From sequence record OP380604.1: a stretch of DNA of 64,000 nt; one strand, given 5' to 3'. The notes under the pieces are model-generated. The model did not search any database, was not told the origin of the DNA, and saw nothing but the letters and a program-made list of their open reading frames with translations. The stretch's first letter is position 1. Each line of letters opens with the position of its first letter. Positions 57,969 through 64,000 of the stretch are shown one piece after another. A program made the translations under genes and the position numbers.

Positions 57969-58364
57969 ATGGACGAAAAGAAAAAGCGTATCAAGCAAAT
58001 AGACAATCAATATCTGGATGTAGTTGGCGTCCGTAGAATTACCTACTGGACGCAAGTCATGAAGCTTCGTATGCCACGGGCGTTTGAACTTGATCGACTC
58101 ATGATGATTCTGAAAGGCTACTATTCAGATTTCTCCGAGCAAGATGAAAGCTTTGTCCCAGTAACGATGATCGAGTTTCTGAAACACGATAAACGACCAT
58201 TCGGTAGTAAAGCAAAGTGGCAGTCTATCGCTTACAATCTTGGTTGGGACTACGGCCGTTGTCTATGTTTCGATCTACTGGATTTACCTGAATTTGTTGA
58301 ACTAGAAGCCAAATCTCTGTATACTGGACTCATTGAAATTCTGGAGAATGAAAATGCACACTAA
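57969..58364 (+). CDS. hypothetical protein
   Basis: co-oriented ORF with SD. Confidence 0.75.
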   Translation: MDEKKKRIKQIDNQYLDVVGVRRITYWTQVMKLRMPRAFELDRLMMILKGYYSDFSEQDESFVPVTMIEFLKHDKRPFGSKAKWQSIAYNLGWDYGRCLCFDLLDLPEFVELEAKSLYTGLIEILENENAH

Positions 58365-58920
58365 AGCAACCGATAGCATTGCCGAAATGCTGAAAGAAAT
58401 TGGAGCAACGTTCCGTTATCGTGATGTTATCATGGGTACTGGTAACCCGAAGAACGTTTACGCTATTTCTAAGGTAGTGGAAAATCAAGAAGTCTATCAC
58501 GTTTGCTTCTTTGATCTGGATGGAAAGTTCGATGGACGTTATTTGGGTCGAATTCCACTCTCGTTTCTGCGCACACTAGAGCACAACGACACGATTTTGG
58601 TAGACGTTGATGTTCCTAACGAAAGCAACTGTGATTGGATTCACATTCGAGTTTACGCGAATGATCGAGGAGTCAAAACCTATCGAACACCAATTCGCAA
58701 TCCTAGCGATAATAGCAAGTCCGTTCAAATCGCGAATGTTATAGGCACTACTGTATCACAAACAGTATTAAAATCGGACCTCGAAAAAGAAGAAAAGAAA
58801 CTGGTTGAAATTGCTGCCAAATCATTCTATAATAAAATGGTAATCGAGACTCGCCTTGCAAGAGACGAACAACTGAAAACTCTAGCTGACCTTCTTGGAG
58901 TAAAATATGTTTCTGAATGA
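58354..58920 (+). CDS. hypothetical protein
   Basis: MHTKAT start after GGAG. Confidence 0.75.
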   Translation: MHTKATDSIAEMLKEIGATFRYRDVIMGTGNPKNVYAISKVVENQEVYHVCFFDLDGKFDGRYLGRIPLSFLRTLEHNDTILVDVDVPNESNCDWIHIRVYANDRGVKTYRTPIRNPSDNSKSVQIANVIGTTVSQTVLKSDLEKEEKKLVEIAAKSFYNKMVIETRLARDEQLKTLADLLGVKYVSE

Positions 58921-59134
58921 AATGTTACCAGAAAATGCACGTAACGGTCTTCGCATTCAAGGCAAACCGAAGTCAATGAGTGATCATGATTTCAAAAATG
59001 CCCGTCGTGTTATGATGAACCTGATTAAACATCATGATATCATCATGCGACTGATTGAAGATGCGGCGTTTGATTGCAAAGACGAAACCGAACTAGCGGC
59101 ACTGTCGCAAATTCACAGAGATCTAACTGTATGA
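58907..59134 (+). CDS. hypothetical protein
   Basis: coupled ORF. Confidence 0.7.
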   Translation: MFLNEMLPENARNGLRIQGKPKSMSDHDFKNARRVMMNLIKHHDIIMRLIEDAAFDCKDETELAALSQIHRDLTV

Positions 59135-59322
59135 TCATATTCGGTTGGATTGTCCTTGTCGTTATTGCTGTTGTTGTCTCGTTCGCTACCGCCTTTGGTA
59201 CATATGCGCAACTTGCGTTGAGCGGCAAGATTGATATTGGAACTCTTATCCCAGTTGTAGCAAGCGGCGCACTTTGGTACGGTGTTTGCGTAAACTGCCC
59301 ATTTATGTTAGTAATGAACTAA
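59131..59322 (+). CDS. small membrane protein
   Basis: MIIFGWIVLVVIAVVVS; two hydrophobic segments. Confidence 0.7.
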   Translation: MIIFGWIVLVVIAVVVSFATAFGTYAQLALSGKIDIGTLIPVVASGALWYGVCVNCPFMLVMN

Positions 59323-59332
59323 GGAAATAAAA

Positions 59333-59590
59333 ATGATTGATACTCGAATGAAAGTAGACGGCAAGTGGAATTTCAAGGTAGACAATGTTATCTATCTTCT
59401 GCTGATGTTTCTAGGCTATTCATACATTTTCATGGATCTGTATGCTGGCTATGAAAACTATCAAGTGGAAGGCTCATTTGTAATCTCTGCTATGTCGTTC
59501 TTTGTGTTTCTGTGGATGATGGTAATCTCCCAGCGCCGTCATATTGATCGACTCTATGCGATGATCAAATCTCTGGAGAATCGGGGTTAA
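59333..59590 (+). CDS. small membrane protein
   Basis: two hydrophobic segments, AAGGA SD. Confidence 0.72.
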   Translation: MIDTRMKVDGKWNFKVDNVIYLLLMFLGYSYIFMDLYAGYENYQVEGSFVISAMSFFVFLWMMVISQRRHIDRLYAMIKSLENRG

Positions 59591-59606
59591 TTCCCCGATT
59601 TTTATA

Positions 59607-59879
59607 ATGAATCTACTTAACTATTTCAAGCGCAAATCGAAACTCAAGAAGTATGATGTTACTGTTTGGGTTAAACGTCGCGATTTTATGAGTTGCATTG
59701 TTCTTATTGGTGAGATAAAATTCACTGTAGAATCCGATGTTGAGCCACATGCGGAGAAAATGCGAAATCATCAAGACGTTATTGATTGCATTCAAGCAGA
59801 TTTGAAACGTCGGAACAAAGACTCAGATAACTACTGGTTAGAAGAATATCACGAGGAAGTAAATGATCAAGGTAATTAA
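59607..59879 (+). CDS. hypothetical protein
   Basis: co-oriented ORF. Confidence 0.68.
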   Translation: MNLLNYFKRKSKLKKYDVTVWVKRRDFMSCIVLIGEIKFTVESDVEPHAEKMRNHQDVIDCIQADLKRRNKDSDNYWLEEYHEEVNDQGN

Positions 59880-60504
59880 AGCAAGTGCCGGTGCAGGCAA
59901 GACTAGCAAAGCTATTGAACTTGCGGTAGAAGAAGCGAAGAAAGGCAAGTATGTCGTCTTTTTGAACAACGAAGAAACCCAAGAAAGTATCATTGGTAAA
60001 ATCTCAGATATCGATACCGAATTTGGCGACGGTGAAATCGCTGTTGGTGAAGTTGACGGCGTAACTATGAGTGCCCTACAGGACGCGGTTCATAACGCTG
60101 TGGTAGAGCTTGGCAGAGAGCGTAAAATCGATGTTATAGTTCTGGACTTCTCCGGTTATGCAGATTTCAACGGCTCTGCAAATCGACTGCTGAAATTTAT
60201 GTCTTACATCAAGAGGATTGAAGTAGTTCATGAAATCGATGTTATTTTCACTATACAAGTGATTAACAAGACCAAACGTGTAACTCGTCCGAAAGTTACC
60301 GAGATCTGGCAAGATCGTGAAGTCAAGTCGAAAGACGGTAAAACTCCGCCATGTTTCGATAACATCGATATGGTTTCAATCGACGTAACTAAGGCGAGTC
60401 CTATGCTGCCAAATCGCGATTCTCAGATTGTGATTTATCAGGATATGGAAGGTATCTACGTCGGTAAGTTTGTTGATTCCAAATATTACGGATGTAAAGC
60501 GTGA
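59863..60504 (+). CDS. P-loop NTPase-like protein
   Basis: N-terminal ASAGAGKTS Walker A-like motif, VIVLD Walker B-like motif. Confidence 0.6.
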   Translation: MIKVIKASAGAGKTSKAIELAVEEAKKGKYVVFLNNEETQESIIGKISDIDTEFGDGEIAVGEVDGVTMSALQDAVHNAVVELGRERKIDVIVLDFSGYADFNGSANRLLKFMSYIKRIEVVHEIDVIFTIQVINKTKRVTRPKVTEIWQDREVKSKDGKTPPCFDNIDMVSIDVTKASPMLPNRDSQIVIYQDMEGIYVGKFVDSKYYGCKA

Positions 60505-60866
60505 TTCATAAGTGCCTTGACGATCCAAAAATGAATCTCATTAACTATATGTCGAGTGGAATAACAGGCTATACGTTTTTGGGATTCATAGAAATACAGA
60601 AAGATGATTATTGGGGCATCAAAGTTGGCGAACGGACGTTCGCCGCTTGTCATTTGCTCAACGAACGTTCAACATGGCCTGTTTCCGAAGAAGAAGGAAA
60701 AGAGCAAAAATTCATTGACAGCGGACACAATACCGTTCTATATTTCAAGGGAACCGATAACACAAGTTATCTAAAACGGTTTAAATCTAAAGATAGTGCA
60801 ATCAAATGGTTTTATAAAACGAAAGTTTTTATTACCGATAACTCCTCTTGCTGGGTGAATAGCTAA
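60501..60866 (+). CDS. hypothetical protein
   Basis: coupled ORF. Confidence 0.7.
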   Translation: MIHKCLDDPKMNLINYMSSGITGYTFLGFIEIQKDDYWGIKVGERTFAACHLLNERSTWPVSEEEGKEQKFIDSGHNTVLYFKGTDNTSYLKRFKSKDSAIKWFYKTKVFITDNSSCWVNS

Positions 60867-61252
60867 TGAGAATAGAACGAATTCGAGACCACGACGAATA
60901 TTGCGACGTCGGAGAAGTAACTCATGATTATGTGGAAGTAAGCAAAGAAGAATTTGACAAGCTGCGAGATCTAGCGGAAGATCGCGATGTAACTGGGTTA
61001 TGTTCGCCTCCGATTGAATTTCTTTACTCAAAGCGGCTTCATTCTGACGGATGCGAAATTCTTGGCAAAGCGTTTCTGTATGAGTCTGAGAAACGTCCAG
61101 GGGCGCCACGCGAAACAAATCAATATTTGAAGTTGACAGAAATGCCGAAACCTTATAAGCTGGTAACACTGATGAAAGACGATTTGACTTTGGAGCAACG
61201 TCGAGCGTATCGCGAAAGAGTTAAATCCGGTTATTACAAATCAAAAGGGTAA
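60866..61252 (+). CDS. hypothetical protein
   Basis: coupled ORF. Confidence 0.72.
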   Translation: MRIERIRDHDEYCDVGEVTHDYVEVSKEEFDKLRDLAEDRDVTGLCSPPIEFLYSKRLHSDGCEILGKAFLYESEKRPGAPRETNQYLKLTEMPKPYKLVTLMKDDLTLEQRRAYRERVKSGYYKSKG

Positions 61253-61255
61253 AAT

Positions 61256-61804
61256 ATGTTTTATCATAAGAGCAATATCAAAGACGTTCCTGTGGAGCTT
61301 GTGGAAATTCACCTCGCCGGTAAGCCGTTCGTTGATGAAGCGAATAACGTCAAGTTCAAAAATTTTGTTCGATACGGAGTGAGCAATGGTTCCGGAGTAT
61401 ATTCTCCGTTCTATCGTGCTGAATCCGAAGACGGTAAAACCGAGCTTACTTTCCGTCTGTTCGGTGCGTATGAAGTCGAGATTACTCGGGTATATAAGGA
61501 TTCCAAAACTTATAGCGTAACTCGTCAACAAATGAAGCCTCTCGGTATTGTTCGCAAAGCAAGCTCCAACGGCTTGTTTGTTGAAAAAGCAGCATATCGG
61601 ATCGGTGTCGGTGCTCCACTTGATATCGCCGATGAAGTTGAAAGTCGGAACGGGAAATGCAAAGTTCTGTTGATTACTTCCGATGCCGTTGTTCTGAGTG
61701 ATGCTAAAGGTAAGACTATTCTTATCCGTAAGAACGACGAAGGCGCTATGGATGCACATGGAATCGGCTTTGTTGAGCTATGTGAGTCGGATAACGAATT
61801 TTGA
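61256..61804 (+). CDS. hypothetical protein
   Basis: AAGGG SD; hairpin terminator at 61808-61826. Confidence 0.75.
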   Translation: MFYHKSNIKDVPVELVEIHLAGKPFVDEANNVKFKNFVRYGVSNGSGVYSPFYRAESEDGKTELTFRLFGAYEVEITRVYKDSKTYSVTRQQMKPLGIVRKASSNGLFVEKAAYRIGVGAPLDIADEVESRNGKCKVLLITSDAVVLSDAKGKTILIRKNDEGAMDAHGIGFVELCESDNEF

Positions 61805-61836
61805 TCGAGGGCCTTCGGGCCCTTTTGGAGCATAAA

Positions 61837-62118
61837 ATGCATTACGAAACAAAACATTATCTAACGCATCCGGTATTGATAAATCGATTCGCCTACATTC
61901 TGCGAGTTCTGAATGACTTCTATGGCAAAACTAAGTCACAGAAGATCAGAGATACCGAGAGTTTCAAACAGTACAAACGCGACACCTATTGGCTGTTCAC
62001 TAAGCTGTGTCCTGAGATCACACAAGATCCAAAGTCCGGTATGGTCGAAGAGTTCTGTTATGAAGGCGGCATGATCTCAATGAAAATTTTTGTGAGAATA
62101 GTTCCGAAAAAAGATTGA
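61837..62118 (+). CDS. hypothetical protein
   Basis: MHYETK start after GGAG. Confidence 0.68.
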   Translation: MHYETKHYLTHPVLINRFAYILRVLNDFYGKTKSQKIRDTESFKQYKRDTYWLFTKLCPEITQDPKSGMVEEFCYEGGMISMKIFVRIVPKKD

Positions 62119-62172
62119 CACGAAATCCATAGCTGTTAATATAGCTACATCAAACGAACTGAGGAATAAATC

Positions 62173-62370
62173 ATGATGACTACTGCTGAACTGAAAGCAA
62201 AACGCGCCAAACGTGGATTCGGTATTGAGAAAGAAGTTTTGATCGAATCTCATGCATTCGCACAACGCGCACTGTCACAAGCTGTTATCATGGAACACAA
62301 AGAAAATATGGATTTGTTCCGCAGTCATATCAAAGCATACGAAACTCGTATTAACGAAATCACACACTAA
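62173..62370 (+). CDS. hypothetical protein (early promoter TTGACA..TAATAT at 62115-62142)
   Basis: GAGG SD. Confidence 0.75.
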   Translation: MMTTAELKAKRAKRGFGIEKEVLIESHAFAQRALSQAVIMEHKENMDLFRSHIKAYETRINEITH

Positions 62371-62379
62371 GGAAATATC

Positions 62380-62997
62380 ATGGCTTATTATCTGAAACAT
62401 CAAGTAGCTCTCCCGAAAGTAGAATACAACTATATCCGACTGATTGACATGAAACCAGGAGAATCGATTTCAATCAAAGATCGTTCTTATGTTCTTCTGA
62501 ATATCGAACGAACTGGTACCAACGTTGAGCCAGTCTACAACCTAGAAGCGAGCGATGAACGTGTTTCTATGCGTATTGTCAACGGCAACGCTCTGATCAC
62601 TCGGGTCAACAAAGTTAACTTTGGTATCACCAACGAAAGTATCGAAGTCGGCACAATGGGCTGGGTTAAGCGTGGCGGTTTCTACGCTCACAAAGTACGG
62701 AAAGTGATGAATCCTGGTCTGATTACAGGTCGTGCTATCGTCGAAGGTGACATGATCGAACTGTACCGGAATAGCGGTACTCGGATCGAAGTTCTGAAAA
62801 TGGGCGGTGAGCCTATGATCGACCCGATGACACAAGAATACATCCTGCTGAAAATTATCAGCAAAGACAACAGCAAAGATCAAGTTGTGTTCCACTCTGT
62901 CAAATCCGAAATGGATGATTGCAACCTGCAACGTGTTGCTGGTGATGTTGTCTATGTCAACAACTACATGGAATCAATTATTCCACATCGTCGTTGA
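62380..62997 (+). CDS. hypothetical protein
   Basis: AAGGA SD. Confidence 0.78.
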   Translation: MAYYLKHQVALPKVEYNYIRLIDMKPGESISIKDRSYVLLNIERTGTNVEPVYNLEASDERVSMRIVNGNALITRVNKVNFGITNESIEVGTMGWVKRGGFYAHKVRKVMNPGLITGRAIVEGDMIELYRNSGTRIEVLKMGGEPMIDPMTQEYILLKIISKDNSKDQVVFHSVKSEMDDCNLQRVAGDVVYVNNYMESIIPHRR

Positions 62998-63065
62998 TTT
63001 ACATAGAAAGTTGAAGTACAATCTGGGCCTATCGAGTAAGGCCCTTTTTCATTTATGAGGATATC

Positions 63066-63968
63066 ATGATCAACATTATCAAAAACACCACACAAGCTGC
63101 AATCATTGGCGATTGCGTAGGCGCATTCAACGAATTCAATTTCGGCACTAAAGGAAAGAAAAGACTGCGTAACGTAGATCTCGAACTCCTGAAAACAAAA
63201 CGCGATGTTTTTAACAATCAATACGGTAACTTCACAGACGATACCACTTGTGCGCTGATCACCATGCGCAACTTCAAATATGGTGAGTTTGATGTTCCAG
63301 CTATTAAGCGCGATATGAAGCGTTGGATCGAGCGTGGTGCGTTTTCTTCCACTGGCGAGTGCTTTGATGTTGGTACAGGTACTGCCTATGCCATACTCAA
63401 GGACCAACCGGTAACAGACCCATCTAAAGGTGCCGGTAACGGCGCGCTCATGCGTATGTATCCAGTCGCGATTGCAACTTACGGTAGAAGTCCAGAAGAT
63501 ATCGAGCGAATCGTTAAATACATGACGGAGTTTACCCATCCGGTTCCGTTGTGTCTGCATTACTCTATGCTATATGTTCGTATCATGCATCGGATATTCG
63601 ACGGAGTAAACAAAAGGACGCTATCCAAAGAGTTTGGAGCGTATTTCGATGAAGACTCATGCTTGCCTACTGGCTACGTTAAGGACTCGCTCACAATCGC
63701 TTGGAGAGTGTTCCTAGAGTTCGAACACAAAGAGTATGGGATTTTTCTCATAGCAAACATGGGATTAGATAGCGACACAATCGCAAGTATCTATGGATCA
63801 ATGATTGGCGCATATACAACTGTCCAGAACAAAAGTCAAGAGTTTACTCCTTGGCTAGTAGAGAATATCAAACGACAAGATCTAGTTGATAGTATTGTTA
63901 AAGAGTTCACTCACCGAGTTGTTTGTACAATGATTGATCATTTACCAAGTTATTTGCACAAAAGTTAA
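63066..63968 (+). CDS. ADP-ribosylglycohydrolase (DraG/ARH family)
   Basis: GDCVG, FTDDT, CFDVGTGT, GAGNGALMR, FTHP, DSDTIASIYG. Confidence 0.9.
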   Translation: MINIIKNTTQAAIIGDCVGAFNEFNFGTKGKKRLRNVDLELLKTKRDVFNNQYGNFTDDTTCALITMRNFKYGEFDVPAIKRDMKRWIERGAFSSTGECFDVGTGTAYAILKDQPVTDPSKGAGNGALMRMYPVAIATYGRSPEDIERIVKYMTEFTHPVPLCLHYSMLYVRIMHRIFDGVNKRTLSKEFGAYFDEDSCLPTGYVKDSLTIAWRVFLEFEHKEYGIFLIANMGLDSDTIASIYGSMIGAYTTVQNKSQEFTPWLVENIKRQDLVDSIVKEFTHRVVCTMIDHLPSYLHKS

Positions 63969-63979
63969 TCAGTTGTAGG

Positions 63980-64000
63980 AAGTCGCGCCAGCGACTGCGA
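63980..64000 (+). repeat. start of dispersed repeat copy D (truncated by the window edge)
   Basis: AAGTCGCGCCAGCGACTGCGA is identical to the reverse complement of 5428-5448. Confidence 0.8.

Overview
A 64-kb segment of a large T4-like myovirus genome (Straboviridae-type). The AT-rich sequence, about 23 tRNAs, a 1035-aa fibritin and rearranged hub genes suggest an Aeromonas Aeh1-like lineage; this is inferred, not verified. 1-31.4 kb (minus strand) is the late virion module: gp18, 17, 16, 15, 14, 13, whisker accessory genes, wac, gp12-6, 25, 5.4, 5.1, 5, a gp27-like hub, 53 and 48. 31.5-39.2 kb (plus strand) holds gp4, 2, 54, 26/51, 29, 3, 1, 57A and 57B. 39.2-50.1 kb is a large tRNA/ncRNA array with interspersed small ORFs and a DUF559-type homing endonuclease. 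50-64 kb is an early accessory region with tk, a CreA-like gene, a DUF2828/vWA (Ro60-like) gene, DUF3307, LPD11 and an ADP-ribosylglycohydrolase. The most unusual signals are: (i) a circularly permuted tRNA-like RNA with YrlA/Y-RNA architecture plus three sibling RNAs sharing a terminal helix followed by C(A/U)GCAA; (ii) a separately promoted trio of tRNA-like RNAs whose anticodon arm is replaced by a 40-50 nt insert (two carry CCGCAA), located near the Ro60-like gene and suggesting a phage Ro60-like/tRNA-mimic RNP system; (iii) a tRNA-Arg with a 28-nt hairpin in its anticodon loop; (iv) a dispersed ~130-bp palindromic repeat in at least four copies, one abutting a nuclease-less zinc-ribbon ORF; (v) a likely -1 programmed frameshift fusing gp26 and gp51 upstream of the tape measure gene. 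All family names come from motif recognition by eye; no searches were run.
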